From Polyangiales bacterium (GTDB lineage Bacteria; Myxococcota_A; Polyangia; Polyangiales; Houyiibacteriaceae): 64,000 nt of DNA. The stretch lies in assembly GCA_045106895.1 (NCBI GenBank), contig JBGCFM010000172.1:1-64000 (forward strand), in the 5' to 3' direction. Numbering within the stretch: position 1 is the first letter of the stretch; the number at the start of each line of letters is the position of its first letter. The notes under the pieces were generated by a model that did not search any database, was not told the DNA's origin, and saw only the letters and a program-made list of their open reading frames with translations. The translations under genes and the position numbers were made by a program. Shown here piece by piece: positions 29,129-39,836 of this stretch.

Positions 29129-29941
29129 GTGGCTCGCATCGGACTCGTACCAGGTCGAATAAGTCGAAGCTCTCGACTCGCGGCGACTCTCGTCGCAGAC
29201 GCAATCTCCAAGGCAACGGGTCTCGCAGGCGATGCGTTTGTCGCACGGGAGCCGCGAGAGCTCGTCGAAAGATTCGCTGCGGGCTACATCGACATCGTTT
29301 GGGCGTCGCCGACGCTCTTTCTTCAGTCACCTCAGCTGGAGGTCGCTGCACCCATCGCCGTGTCGGTTCGCAACGGCTCTCCGCACTACCATAGCGTCTT
29401 CTTTGTTCGCCGAGACTCTGCGTTCCGAAGCCCCCTCGACCTCCGCGGGAAGTCCGTGGCGTGGGTCGCGAGCACGAGCGCGTCTGGGTACATCTTACCG
29501 CGCATGGCGCTCGCGGACATGGGCGTGCACGCCGATGAGCTGTTCAAGAAGCAGGTCTTCGTCGGCACTCATGGGAACGTCGCTCATATGGTGCGAGAGG
29601 GTGAGGTCGCTTGCGGCGCCGGTTACGCGCACTTCATCGACGGCGACCTGACGCAAGGGGTGCGCGCAGCGAGCTACTCAGAGAGCGGCGATGGCGCGGA
29701 CATGCGAGTCCTCCTCGCTTCACCCCCGATACCATCGGACCTCTTCTTGGCGCACCCGTCGGCGGCAGAGAAGTGCGACCTTTTCGAAGCGATCGAAGAG
29801 GCGCGTCTTGCTTCGCCTGAGCCGTTTGAACAGCTCTTCGGCATCGATGGATTCGCGCGGCCTGATGCAGGTGCGCTCGCCCAGCTTCGACGTAGCCTTG
29901 ACGCGGCCCGTAGCTTCGGCGTGTTGGGTCTTCCGAGCTAG
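29129..29941 (+). CDS. PhnD/PtxB-like phosphonate/phosphate-binding domain protein
   Basis: YHSVFFVRRDS, DLRGK, STSASGY.LP, GTHGNV, IPSD. Confidence 0.8.
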   Translation: MARIGLVPGRISRSSRLAATLVADAISKATGLAGDAFVAREPRELVERFAAGYIDIVWASPTLFLQSPQLEVAAPIAVSVRNGSPHYHSVFFVRRDSAFRSPLDLRGKSVAWVASTSASGYILPRMALADMGVHADELFKKQVFVGTHGNVAHMVREGEVACGAGYAHFIDGDLTQGVRAASYSESGDGADMRVLLASPPIPSDLFLAHPSAAEKCDLFEAIEEARLASPEPFEQLFGIDGFARPDAGALAQLRRSLDAARSFGVLGLPS

Positions 29942-30002
29942 TACCAATCATCCACCCTGAACCGGTCAGAACTTCTGAGATGAAGTACTAGCCGCTTAAA
30001 CG

Positions 30003-30031
30003 AAAACGCCCCGGCGAAGCCGAGGCGTTTT
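30003..30031. terminator. Bidirectional intrinsic terminator between convergent genes
   Basis: AAAACGCCcCGGC-GAA-GCCGaGGCGTTTT. Confidence 0.8.
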
Positions 30032-30047
30032 GCGTGCGTGTTGTGCG

Positions 30048-31211
30048 TTAGAAGCGTTCGAAGAGACCCGCGGCGCCCATGCCGCCACCGATGCACATCG
30101 TCACGATGGCGCGCTTACCACCACGTCGCTTCAGTTCATGGAGTGCCGTCGCCGTGAGCTTCGCGCCGGTGCATCCAAGTGGATGGCCAAGAGCGATAGC
30201 GCCGCCGTGAACGTTCAACTTCTCGTCGGGGATGTTCAGCGTTCGCTTCACGTAGAGGGACTGACTTGCGAAGGCCTCGTTGAGCTCGATGACATCGATG
30301 TCATCGATGGTCAGGCCTGTCTTTGCAAAGAGCTTCTGAACGGCGGGAACCGGACCGATGCCCATGATGGACGGGTCCACACCCGCGGTGACGAAGTGCG
30401 TCATCCAGCCAAGAGGCTTGAGACCAAGTTCGTTGACCTTGGCTTCGCTCATGACGAGCGCAGCCGCGGCGCCATCGCTCAGAGGAGATGAGGAGCCAGC
30501 CGTTACTGAACCCTTGGCAGCGAATGCCGGGCGGAGCTTGCCGAGGCCTTCAAGAGTCGTCTGGGGACGAGGAAGCTCGTCCTTCGTGAACTCGAAGAGA
30601 ATTCGCTCGGAGCCTTCGTATCGAACGCCGTGAACGGGGACGATTTCGTCCGCGAAGGCGTTGTTCTCCAGGGCGACCTTGGCCTTCATCTGGCTGGCGT
30701 ACGCGAACGCATCCTGGTCCTCGCGGGAGATTTCGAAGCGATTGGCCACGTTCTCCGCTGTGATGCCCATCGGAGTGTACGCCGCAGGCATGCGCTCCAT
30801 GGCTTCTGGCGACATGCTGGGCTTGTTGCCCGTCATGGGGACCATCGACATGGACTCGACGCCGCCGGCGACGATGACGTCACTCCAGCCCGCGGCGATC
30901 TGTCCCGCTGCAAGAGCGATAGCCTGAAGGCCGCTCGAGCAGAAACGGTTGATGGTCATGGCGGAGCTTTCCTCCGGCAGACCACCGAGGAGGCCCGCGA
31001 TGCGGGCGACGTTCAAGCCCTGCTCACCTTCTGGCATGGCGCAGCCAAGGACGAAGTCCTCGACAAGCTCAGGGCTCACATCTGGAACACGACCCATGAG
31101 GCCGCGAAGGACCTCGGCGGTAAGTTCGTCAGGACGTCGCTCACGAAGGGAACCCTTGTGAGCTCGGCCGACGGCGGAGCGGACTGCATCTACGATTGCT
31201 ACTTTGGTCAT
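30048..31211 (-). CDS. fadA: Acetyl-CoA C-acyltransferase (thiolase)
   Basis: NRFCSSG, NEAFA, GHPLG, MCIGGG. Confidence 0.93.
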   Translation of the reverse strand: MTKVAIVDAVRSAVGRAHKGSLRERRPDELTAEVLRGLMGRVPDVSPELVEDFVLGCAMPEGEQGLNVARIAGLLGGLPEESSAMTINRFCSSGLQAIALAAGQIAAGWSDVIVAGGVESMSMVPMTGNKPSMSPEAMERMPAAYTPMGITAENVANRFEISREDQDAFAYASQMKAKVALENNAFADEIVPVHGVRYEGSERILFEFTKDELPRPQTTLEGLGKLRPAFAAKGSVTAGSSSPLSDGAAAALVMSEAKVNELGLKPLGWMTHFVTAGVDPSIMGIGPVPAVQKLFAKTGLTIDDIDVIELNEAFASQSLYVKRTLNIPDEKLNVHGGAIALGHPLGCTGAKLTATALHELKRRGGKRAIVTMCIGGGMGAAGLFERF

Positions 31212-31225
31212 CTTGATACTCCCGC

Positions 31226-33592
31226 TTAGTTCCGGAGGGGCTTGTTGTGCTGCAGCATGTGCTGCATACGGGCCTGGCTCAGTTCCTCACCACAGAGACT
31301 GAGGAATGCCTCAAGCTCAAGGTCGAGGAGGTCTTGTTCAGTGTTCTGACGCGCGTGACCGCCGACGCCGCCGCAGAGAACCGTGGCGACCTTTCGGGCG
31401 ATGAGTGCGTCGTGTGGGCTGGCGTAACCACCCGCGACCATGGTGTCGACAACGCTCGAGAGTGTCGCGATACCGCTCTCGCCGGGCAGCTTGTAGGTGC
31501 GAGGCGCCATTGGCTTGTAGCCCTGAGCGGCCATGCCGATGACGCGCTGCTTGGCTTCGTGGAGATGGCGCGCGCGGTCAAAGCTGATGCCGTCGCCCCG
31601 TCGGAAGTAGCCGAAGTACTGCGCTTCAACGCCGCTGGTGGCGACGCGCGCCATCGCGATGTTCTCGAAGGTTCGCGCCACGTAGGTCTGCGAGTCGAAG
31701 TTCGTCCCGTCGGGGATGTTCTCCATTGCGCGCCAGAGCATGTTGACGTTGCCGGCGCCGCCGGGGAGGAGGCCAACGCCCGGCTCCACCAGACCAGCGT
31801 AGGTCTCCGCTGCCGCCTGAACGCCGTCCGACGCGAGGCAGATTTCAAGGCCGCCGCCGAGAGTCATGCCGAAGGGCGCCGCGACGACGGGCACCTTCGA
31901 GTACTTCATCTTTTGCGTGGCGGACTGGAGACTCGAGATCATCGCTCGAAGCTGGTCCCACTGTCCGCCCTTGGCGGCCATGAGGACTCCGAAGAGGTTC
32001 GCGCCTACGCAGAAGTGCTCGCCTTCGTTGTAGATGAGCATTCCGCGGAACTCAGATTCGGCCTTCTCAAGAGCAAGCGGCAGCATCTCGATGATGCCAT
32101 CGTCGATGCTGTTCGCCTTCGTCTTGAAGGTCAGTCCGAGGATCCCGTCGCCAAGGTCCCAAGCTTCGGCGGCGCCGTTCTTGAGAACAGGAGCGTCACC
32201 CTTGCGGATGTTCGCAAGAGGAGCTTCGCGCACGTCGAGCTCTTGGCCGACGTACTCGTTCTTGTTGAGGTCCCAGATCTTGCCGTCGTTGTAGAAGGCG
32301 GTGGTCCCAGCGTCGTACATCGCCGTCACGTTGGCGGGGATGTCGATGCCGTCGGCCTTCATCCGGTCGTAGGTCTCGCGGAACCCAAGGGCGTCCCAGG
32401 TCTCGAAAGGACCGAGGTCCCAGTTGTAACCCCACTTCATGGCGTTATCGATGGCGACGATGTCGTCAGCGATTTCAGGAATGCGACGGGCCGTGTAGGC
32501 GAGGGCGCGGGATAGAACCTTCCACGCGAACTGTCCGCCCTTGCCCTCGTCGGCGCAGAGCTTCTTCACGCGCTGAGCGGGTGAGCCCTTGATGCCCTTC
32601 ATGGCTTTCTTGAGGTCTTGGTCGCCGCCCTTGGGACGGTACTCAAGGGTCTCAAGGTCAAGCACCTCGATACCCTTGGCGCGGGACTTCTTGTAGAAGC
32701 CGCCCTTGGTCTTATTTCCAAGCATCTTCTTCTCGACCATCGCGTCGAGGAAAGCAGGTGGCTTGAAGACGTCGCGCTCTTCGTCGCCTTCGAGGGCGGC
32801 GAAGCAGTTTGAGGTCACGTGGTGGAACGTGTCGAGACCCACCATGTCCGCCGTGCGGAAGGAGGCGCTCTTGGGGTGTCCCATGGGAGGACCGGTGATG
32901 GCGTCGACGTCTTCAACGCTGAGGCCCATCTCCAGCATCGTGTGCATGGTGAGCATCATGGAGTGGCAGCCAATGCGGTTGCCGATGAAGTTCGGCGTGT
33001 CCTTGCCGACGACGACACCTTTGCCGAGCTGCTCCGTGGAACAGGTGGAGATGCGCTCGAGTGCTTCAGCGCTCGTGTCGGGACCAGTGACGATCTCGAG
33101 GAGCTTCATGTAGCGGACGGGGTTGAAGAAATGCATCACGAGGAAGTTCTTCTTGAACCCCTCTCCGCGCCCTTCGACCATGTCGGAGATTCGAAGGCCA
33201 GAAGTGTTCGAGGCGACGATGACGTCGTCCTTACAGACCTTCTCGAGCTTCTCGAAGAGCGAGCGCTTGATGTTGAGGTTCTCGATGATGGCTTCGACAA
33301 CGAGGTCGACGTCCGCGAGCTCATCGATGTCATCTTCAAGGTTTCCTGTGCTGACGAGGGACGCGTTGTTCTTGTGAAAGAAGAGCGCGGGCTTCGCCTT
33401 GATGGTCTTCTTCAGACCGCCCTCGGCGAAAGCGTTTCGTTTGCTGGGAATCTTCTTGTCGGCATCGCTTAGCCCAGGGGGCACGATGTCGAGCAGCACC
33501 ACTTGCACGCCGGCGTTAGCGAAATGCGCGGCGATGCCGCTGCCCATTACGCCGGCGCCGATGACGCCCACTCGGCGAATCGGTTGAGTCAT
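31226..33592 (-). CDS. fadN: 3-hydroxyacyl-CoA dehydrogenase/enoyl-CoA hydratase (FadN type)
   Basis: GAGVMG, SNTSG, HFFNP, C-terminal crotonase domain (LGGG, GLLPG), ends PLRN; SD AGGAG before ATG 33592. Confidence 0.9.
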   Translation of the reverse strand: MTQPIRRVGVIGAGVMGSGIAAHFANAGVQVVLLDIVPPGLSDADKKIPSKRNAFAEGGLKKTIKAKPALFFHKNNASLVSTGNLEDDIDELADVDLVVEAIIENLNIKRSLFEKLEKVCKDDVIVASNTSGLRISDMVEGRGEGFKKNFLVMHFFNPVRYMKLLEIVTGPDTSAEALERISTCSTEQLGKGVVVGKDTPNFIGNRIGCHSMMLTMHTMLEMGLSVEDVDAITGPPMGHPKSASFRTADMVGLDTFHHVTSNCFAALEGDEERDVFKPPAFLDAMVEKKMLGNKTKGGFYKKSRAKGIEVLDLETLEYRPKGGDQDLKKAMKGIKGSPAQRVKKLCADEGKGGQFAWKVLSRALAYTARRIPEIADDIVAIDNAMKWGYNWDLGPFETWDALGFRETYDRMKADGIDIPANVTAMYDAGTTAFYNDGKIWDLNKNEYVGQELDVREAPLANIRKGDAPVLKNGAAEAWDLGDGILGLTFKTKANSIDDGIIEMLPLALEKAESEFRGMLIYNEGEHFCVGANLFGVLMAAKGGQWDQLRAMISSLQSATQKMKYSKVPVVAAPFGMTLGGGLEICLASDGVQAAAETYAGLVEPGVGLLPGGAGNVNMLWRAMENIPDGTNFDSQTYVARTFENIAMARVATSGVEAQYFGYFRRGDGISFDRARHLHEAKQRVIGMAAQGYKPMAPRTYKLPGESGIATLSSVVDTMVAGGYASPHDALIARKVATVLCGGVGGHARQNTEQDLLDLELEAFLSLCGEELSQARMQHMLQHNKPLRN

Positions 33593-33746
33593 CTTCTTAC
33601 TCTCCTGCATTGAGTGAGCGCATTCGCGCTCAGGTTTTGGGGCGCCGCATGTGCGACACGAAAAGCACGGACTCGCAGAACCGAGCTGCGAAACACTGGG
33701 AGGTTCGACGTGGTGTCGAAGGGCGCTTGAGCTTCGGTCCGTCCGC

Positions 33747-33989
33747 TCACGCGGGGTCGGCTTCCGGCGCGGGGGCAGCTTCCTGCGTCGTCTCCTGGGC
33801 CGCTGCGTCCGCCGCAGCCTGCTCGGACCAGATACCGGAGAAGATCATCCAGAGCGTCGCAATGAGGAAAATCCCAAGTCCAACAGCGGGAACCCACATC
33901 GGCGTGCTGGAAGCTTCGTCACGAATTTCCGGAAGCCCTGGGGGCTTGGCTTCGGCGCTCGGAGGAGTGGAAGATTCGGTTTGGGCCAT
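33747..33989 (-). CDS. Small single-pass membrane protein
   Basis: 80 aa; TPMWVPAVGLGIFLIATLW helix; TAGGTT 9 nt upstream. Confidence 0.65.
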   Translation of the reverse strand: MAQTESSTPPSAEAKPPGLPEIRDEASSTPMWVPAVGLGIFLIATLWMIFSGIWSEQAAADAAAQETTQEAAPAPEADPA

Positions 33990-34047
33990 GGGCGCTAGAA
34001 CCTAGTCAGCTGGGGCCCTCTGCGCAATCGATCAAATGAAGGACGGT

Positions 34048-34692
34048 TCAGTCTGCGGTGTCGGCGGCGTCCCGAATAGCCTCGCGGGGGAGGTGAAGCG
34101 CCTTGAGCCACGACAATCGGCCGCTCATCCAGAAAGTGAGAAGAAACACGGGGAGGGAGCAAGGCGCGAGGAGGAGGGCGCGCAGGCGAAGGGCACGCGA
34201 TCGCGGCAAAGCGCCACCCGTGAGCGTGAGGCCCAGGCTTCGTCCCGCGAACAGGGGCGCGTATGGGACGAAAAAGAGCGCCAAAGCCGCGTTCGAGAGC
34301 GCTGCCGCCGCGGCGCTCTCGCGGGTGTCCCACCAACCAAGGCTCTCGCCCCAGCCTGCGGCCAAGAGAAGCCCCCACGCGAGCACGCCATCAATGAGGG
34401 TGATGCGCCAGCGACGTTCGGGAACAGCTCCCTCGTCTCGCGGGGTCCAGCCCGCGAGTAGAAAGAGCCACCCGATCGTTACGCTCAGCCCGGCCCATTC
34501 GGCGTCTCGGCGGGTCTCCTCGCTCGCCTGGTAGAGCGAATCGCTGAGAGCGGCGTCGTATCCACCGATCTCCACGTTGGCGCTCACATCGCGCCACGCG
34601 CCTCGCTCACCTGCGTAGTTCGTGAGAGCGGGCAGTCCGAGGGCGACGCCGGCCGCGAGACACAGGCCGCCCAAGAGAAGTAGCCCCCTCAC
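34048..34692 (-). CDS. Membrane protein (RDD-like C-terminal part)
   Basis: Several TM helices; RRW..LID, GRSLG, LR pattern; GGAG SD. Confidence 0.55.
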   Translation of the reverse strand: MRGLLLLGGLCLAAGVALGLPALTNYAGERGAWRDVSANVEIGGYDAALSDSLYQASEETRRDAEWAGLSVTIGWLFLLAGWTPRDEGAVPERRWRITLIDGVLAWGLLLAAGWGESLGWWDTRESAAAAALSNAALALFFVPYAPLFAGRSLGLTLTGGALPRSRALRLRALLLAPCSLPVFLLTFWMSGRLSWLKALHLPREAIRDAADTAD

Positions 34693-34746
34693 AATTTAGG
34701 CTCCCAAAGGAAGACCCTGAGAGCGAGCCGCGTATACTCCGGAACC

Positions 34747-35406
34747 ATGGGGTATTGGATATACTATGTGCTGATGGGAGTCGCCTGGTACGCCCTCGAA
34801 CACCCCATCGTATTGGTCCCGATCGTCGCATTTTTCCTCTTTCGGCGCTTCATCCCGGACCCGTGGGTCTTGACGCGTACGTTTGCGCGCTCGCGACGGC
34901 TTCGGGACCAGATTCGGGCCAACCCCGCGAACGTCACGGCTCGGCGTGATCTCGCGATGGTCTATCTCGAACGTCTGCGGTCAAAGAAAGCCCTGGAAGT
35001 GTTGGCTCCGGCGGTTGAGCGCGACCCCGAGAATGCTGAAATTCGCTACCTTCTCGGACTGGCTCTGTTGCGCTCCGGAAAATACGAGGAAGCCCTCGCT
35101 TCGTTGATTTACGCCGCGGATATCGACCCACGTGTGCGCTTTGGCGACTCGTACCGCGCCGCCGGCGATGCACTGATGCGCCTCAAGCGCTATGAGGATG
35201 CGACGGACGCGTACGAGCGTTTTGTCGAGCTCAACACATCGTCCGTCGAAGGGTGGACGAAGTTGAGTCGAGCGCACCGTGAGCACGGCGCGAGCGACGA
35301 GTCGAGCAAAGCGCTCCGCGAAGCAAAAAAGACCTGGTCCGTTCTGCCCGGCTACAAACGCCGGCAGGAGTGGCGTTGGTATCTTCGCTGCCAGCTAGGA
35401 ATCTAG
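34747..35406 (+). CDS. Membrane-anchored TPR protein
   Basis: Two N-terminal hydrophobic helices then about four TPRs; TATACT 8 nt upstream. Confidence 0.8.
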   Translation: MGYWIYYVLMGVAWYALEHPIVLVPIVAFFLFRRFIPDPWVLTRTFARSRRLRDQIRANPANVTARRDLAMVYLERLRSKKALEVLAPAVERDPENAEIRYLLGLALLRSGKYEEALASLIYAADIDPRVRFGDSYRAAGDALMRLKRYEDATDAYERFVELNTSSVEGWTKLSRAHREHGASDESSKALREAKKTWSVLPGYKRRQEWRWYLRCQLGI

Positions 35407-35419
35407 AGCTCCTCGATTC

Positions 35420-36202
35420 CTACTTGAGGGTCTCGAGAAGGCCTTCGTGGATCTTGCCGTTGCTCGCCACAAACCCACCGTAGTGAAGGTCACGACCGCC
35501 CTCGAGGTCCGTCCAGTGACCACCAGCTTCACTGACCAGAAGGGCAGCTGGAGCAATATCCCAGCACTTGATGCCAGGGTCCACCACGCCGTCCATCCGG
35601 CCTTGAAGAAGGGCACGGTAGTTGGCGAAGTCAGCGAAGGAGCGTGTCGAGTACGCGGTCTCGGCAATCTTCAAGAGCGCCGAGCCTCGCCCCGAGTCGG
35701 TGAACTGTCCAGCGCCTCCGACGCCTACGAGAGCGTCCTTCATGGAGTCCACATTGGAAACGTGGCATGGCCGCCCGTTCATCGTTGCGCCACCCCCTGC
35801 GCGCGCGACGAAGAGGTCGCCGTCCGTAGGCATCAGGGCGATGGCCAGGGCGAGCTCGCCCTCCCACTCCATTGCGAGGAGAACAGACCAGGTTGGGAGA
35901 CCACGAATGAACGCTCGCGTTCCGTCGATGGGATCGAGAATGAAACGCATTTTCGTGCCCGATTTCTCGCCGCCCTCTTCACCGAGAATCGCCGCTTCCG
36001 GCCAGCTCGCGTCGATGTGCGCGCGAAGTCGCCTCTCGACTTCTTGGTCGGCGGCGGTGACGGGGCTCTCGTCGTCCTTCTTCAGCACGCCGATGCCACG
36101 TTGAAGGCGAAGCGCTTCTTCGCCCGCGTCGGTCACGACGTCGATGAGGGTAGATAGGGCGCGTGCTCCGCCCAAAAGATCGAGGTCGAACTCCGTAGAC
36201 AT
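35420..36202 (-). CDS. Inositol monophosphatase family (HisN-like histidinol-phosphatase)
   Basis: SPVTAAD, GEE, LDPIDGTRAF, WDIA. Confidence 0.88.
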   Translation of the reverse strand: MSTEFDLDLLGGARALSTLIDVVTDAGEEALRLQRGIGVLKKDDESPVTAADQEVERRLRAHIDASWPEAAILGEEGGEKSGTKMRFILDPIDGTRAFIRGLPTWSVLLAMEWEGELALAIALMPTDGDLFVARAGGGATMNGRPCHVSNVDSMKDALVGVGGAGQFTDSGRGSALLKIAETAYSTRSFADFANYRALLQGRMDGVVDPGIKCWDIAPAALLVSEAGGHWTDLEGGRDLHYGGFVASNGKIHEGLLETLK

Positions 36203-36231
36203 GCGCTTCGATAGCACGGCGCCGGTTATTT

Positions 36232-37551
36232 TTAGGGCGCGCCGACGAAAAGAGGGTCCGGGCGCAGGGCTCGACCTTCGTGGCGAAGCTGAAAATGTAA
36301 GTGTGGCGCGCCGCCTGCGGAGGTCCCGACGCGTCCTATCCACTCCCCGCGCTGAACGTTCTGACCGGCCTGAACGTGAATCGATTTGGCCGACCCGTAG
36401 AGCGTCACCCAGCCGTTCTTGTGAAGGACGACGATGGCGTTCCCCACACCCCGAAGGCCCACGCCTGCGTAGATCACGCGGCCATCCGCGACGACTCGGA
36501 TTGGCGCGTCCGAGTCCGCCTCGATGTTCACCCCGCGTGGTTGGTTGTAGTCGTCACCGCGTCGACCTCCACGGACGGGCCAGAGAGCGTTAGAAAAACG
36601 CCCACCCTCGACGTTGTCCAGGTCCACCGGCGATGCACCTCCCGAGAGAAGGCGACGTGCATGTGCGAGTCCTTCTCGGTCGTCACCGCGCACCGTCGCC
36701 TGTGGGGCGCGTGGTGCCACGACTCCTGTCGGACCATCAGAGGGGAGGCTGCGACTCAGGTAACCTTCAGGTTCGTGGTAGCGTCCAGCGCGCTTCAGGC
36801 GCGTCCATTCACGGTAGGCCGCGATCCACGGACGACCGTCAAAACGGTCGAGTGGGTTGACGGCGTGGCCTCGCCGATGAAGCTCAAAGTGCAGATGGGG
36901 GCCCCGAGAGATTCCCGTGTTCCCCACAAACCCGATGCGCTCCCCTTGGCGGACCCGCCAGCCAGCTTGAACGGTGGTTCGAACGCAGTGCGCGTAGATG
37001 CTCACTTCGCCGCTTGGGTGAACGATGATGATCGTGTTGCCGAAGCCTCGGACGCCATTGTCTGAATAGGCGACGATTCCGGGTGCGACGGCGCGAATGA
37101 CGGAGCCTTCGTCGGCGACGATGTCCACGCCGCGATGCGGGAGGTCGGGACGACGGCGACGAACCAGCCCAAAGCCGCGCCCAAAACGACCGAGCTCCAC
37201 CGGCCAGCGTAGGTGTTCCGGCATGGATTCACCGGCAGCTTCAACCCAGCGGGCCAACGGACGTGAGCGCATGAGTCGGCTCGCAGCGTTGCGGGTCCCA
37301 AGCCCAAGACGCTCGGCGCGTGCCGCGGAGGCTCCCCTCGCCCTTGGAACGTTCCGCGGGCCGTCCGAAAAACGCGAGTAGTCGAATCGCCGCCTTGGAG
37401 CGTCTTCCTCCGCGTCAGCTCGCGCCTCGGAAACGCTTACGGCCTCTTCTTGGGCTTCTCCTTCGCCTCGCTCATCGTCGGCCATCGCGGGGGTCGCGAA
37501 GATGAGAACGAAGCAGCAGAGCCAGAAGTGAGCGTTCAATCGCGAATCCAT
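36232..37551 (-). CDS. Secreted protein with tandem M23/LytM domains
   Basis: Signal peptide (PAMA); domain 1 HRGVD...HLH; domain 2 PRGVN...HLH. Confidence 0.85.
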   Translation of the reverse strand: MDSRLNAHFWLCCFVLIFATPAMADDERGEGEAQEEAVSVSEARADAEEDAPRRRFDYSRFSDGPRNVPRARGASAARAERLGLGTRNAASRLMRSRPLARWVEAAGESMPEHLRWPVELGRFGRGFGLVRRRRPDLPHRGVDIVADEGSVIRAVAPGIVAYSDNGVRGFGNTIIIVHPSGEVSIYAHCVRTTVQAGWRVRQGERIGFVGNTGISRGPHLHFELHRRGHAVNPLDRFDGRPWIAAYREWTRLKRAGRYHEPEGYLSRSLPSDGPTGVVAPRAPQATVRGDDREGLAHARRLLSGGASPVDLDNVEGGRFSNALWPVRGGRRGDDYNQPRGVNIEADSDAPIRVVADGRVIYAGVGLRGVGNAIVVLHKNGWVTLYGSAKSIHVQAGQNVQRGEWIGRVGTSAGGAPHLHFQLRHEGRALRPDPLFVGAP

Positions 37552-37709
37552 CTCTCAACGCGTCGGCAATTGGCGGCCTTCGGTCAAGAAAGCCGCAGGT
37601 GGGGGCTCTGACCAGAATCAGGTAAGTGGGCAAAAACCGGTCAATACCTAAGCGCTTTTGGCTACGTCGGCTTGACTGTGTGGCTTGATTGCGCTGCGCT
37701 GCGCCCACT

Positions 37710-38702
37710 ATGCGCTCCATGCTCCTTGTTTCGCTTGTCCTGTCCCTTGCTGCTTGTGGTTCTGCCCCGGAAACGCGCACGCTCGTGGATGAAAGCAACG
37801 ACAACAACATCATCGCGGAGGTGTCCTCCCGGCACCTCGCGGGCACGCAGCCAGCTGGACCCGATCTCGTTGGCACCCAGTGGGCGTGGCGGGAAGCGCA
37901 TTGCACCGAAGGCCCCCTCGATTTGGCGGGTCGTGAGTTCACTCGAACCACGAGAGTAAAGTCCACGGGCGAGGGCTTGCTCCTCATTCATGACGACACG
38001 TTCGGTGACAGCTGCCGAATGACGGTTGTGCAACACGCGAAGGCGGGCTCCGACGCCGACTCCCAGTGGCAGATGGAAGAGCAAGCGGCGGTGAGCGTCG
38101 GTGAGTGCGAAGACCTTGCTGAAGCTGACCGGCCTGGCGATGTGCGCCGTCGCGGAACGGACCTCGAGGTCTACGTTCAGCGCAGCGTGTGGTGCAACGG
38201 TTTGGAGCTGCGTATGGTCTACACCTCTGTTGCGCCGACGCCCATCGATGACCTCAATATTGGGCTTCACTACGCCGCCCACTTCAACCGGCGTGATGCG
38301 CAGAAGCTAACGGAACTCTTCGCGTCCACGGGTTCCCTTGTGGACCCGTTCACTCGAACTCCTTTGGACCAGGCGACTCGTTACGATGGTCAGGCCGCGG
38401 TCTATGGGTGGTTCCAAGAAGCGTTCACGGCGACCAACTGGTTGGCGATGCGCGTTGTAGGCCTCGAAGCGGGTTCAACGCCCGGCAGCGTGGTTCTCGA
38501 CTGGCACTACATGGACCCACGCCTCGACGCGCCCTTTGCGGGTCGAAACCGTTTCACCGTCGCTGGTGGCGAGATCTTCGAGACGAGCATCGAGATCACG
38601 GCGCAAGAGGTGACTGAGCCCGCGCCCACGCAGGAAGCCGTGGTGCAGCCTGCGCCCGTGGAAGCGGACACCAACACCGACCCTGAAGCCGGCGACGAGT
38701 AG
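37710..38702 (+). CDS. Lipoprotein with C-terminal SnoaL/NTF2-like domain
   Basis: Lipobox LAAC; YAAHFNRRD...LFA...DP...G...F pattern; acidic tail. Confidence 0.7.
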   Translation: MRSMLLVSLVLSLAACGSAPETRTLVDESNDNNIIAEVSSRHLAGTQPAGPDLVGTQWAWREAHCTEGPLDLAGREFTRTTRVKSTGEGLLLIHDDTFGDSCRMTVVQHAKAGSDADSQWQMEEQAAVSVGECEDLAEADRPGDVRRRGTDLEVYVQRSVWCNGLELRMVYTSVAPTPIDDLNIGLHYAAHFNRRDAQKLTELFASTGSLVDPFTRTPLDQATRYDGQAAVYGWFQEAFTATNWLAMRVVGLEAGSTPGSVVLDWHYMDPRLDAPFAGRNRFTVAGGEIFETSIEITAQEVTEPAPTQEAVVQPAPVEADTNTDPEAGDE

Positions 38703-38776
38703 CGGGAGCGGGAGAGGGCGCCGCCAATAGCGCGGCGTAGCGACCGAGCGACCGGGACCTGACCGCCTTCGCTTCG

Positions 38777-39769
38777 TTAGTAGGTTGCGCCGAGGCCCAC
38801 CGCAAAGTCCCACTGGCGAGGCAAGTCGTCGGGAACGTCGGCGTCAATGTCCCCGGGCGCCTTCAAGTCCCAGTGAATAGCGGCGTTGAGCGTGAACACG
38901 CGGTAGCGGAGTTCTGCGCCGATGGACATACGCGCACGAAAAGCGCGAACGTCATTGAACACGGCGTTGTTGTTGAGGTCCTGTTCGGAGCCTGGCCCAT
39001 TTGTGCAGAGAATGTTGGAGTTCGCCATTTGCGGAGGCTGTCCAGGAGACACGCCACATTCCGCAAAGGCGTTGCGGTCCGGCGTGAGGTCGACGAGTTC
39101 GGAGTCCGCCACGATCCACATCAGCTGCGCCGCGATGATGGGCGTGAACACGACGGCCCCGCCCAGCACGATAGGCTTGGAGGCGATGAAATCGAGGGAG
39201 GGCACAGTGATGTGCATCTCGGATTCGCCGGTCAGCGTACGAACAGCACCGCGAACGGCGAGGTCAGGGATGAATCCCATGGCCCCTTCGCGAAATCCTT
39301 CGAGAAGCGCGATTCGAAGCTCGCCGCCCCAAATCCAGGAGTCCGTGTTGTAGAAGCGGCCGAGGCTCACTCCAACCTCCAGGCCATACGGGAGACCTTT
39401 GCGAAGCGCGAGGCGTGAGGAAGTCAACGTTGACGCGACGAAGCGGTTTCGCCCGGTGCTCATGGCGTCACCCTCGGTCCCAAGGGCCCAGTAGTCAGCG
39501 CCGTTGTCGATGCCCGCCACGCTGGTCTCGAAGCCGATGTAGAAGCCTCGGTACCCAGTGGTACGCGCCGGCGCCAGGTTTGGGGCGGCGAGGGCAAAGC
39601 CCAGTTGAGATACAAGCCGAACGAACGCGTCATTGTCCGCTCGGTATGAACCCGGCGTGGCTCCTTCGATGCGCAAACGCGAGAGCGCGATGCTCATATC
39701 ATCCGCCTGGACCGATTGAGGCGACATTAGAGCCGTCGCGAGGAGTAGGGCGGCGGAGGCGCGAAGCAT
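38777..39769 (-). CDS. Putative outer-membrane beta-barrel protein
   Basis: Signal peptide (VQA), alternating beta-strands, C-terminal GLGATY; TTGACG-18nt-TAGCGT promoter upstream. Confidence 0.7.
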   Translation of the reverse strand: MLRASAALLLATALMSPQSVQADDMSIALSRLRIEGATPGSYRADNDAFVRLVSQLGFALAAPNLAPARTTGYRGFYIGFETSVAGIDNGADYWALGTEGDAMSTGRNRFVASTLTSSRLALRKGLPYGLEVGVSLGRFYNTDSWIWGGELRIALLEGFREGAMGFIPDLAVRGAVRTLTGESEMHITVPSLDFIASKPIVLGGAVVFTPIIAAQLMWIVADSELVDLTPDRNAFAECGVSPGQPPQMANSNILCTNGPGSEQDLNNNAVFNDVRAFRARMSIGAELRYRVFTLNAAIHWDLKAPGDIDADVPDDLPRQWDFAVGLGATY

Positions 39770-39836
39770 GGTCGCACGCTATCGGCCCACAGATGACTCC
39801 GTCAACACACGCATGCGATCTGCTACCGTCACCGAG

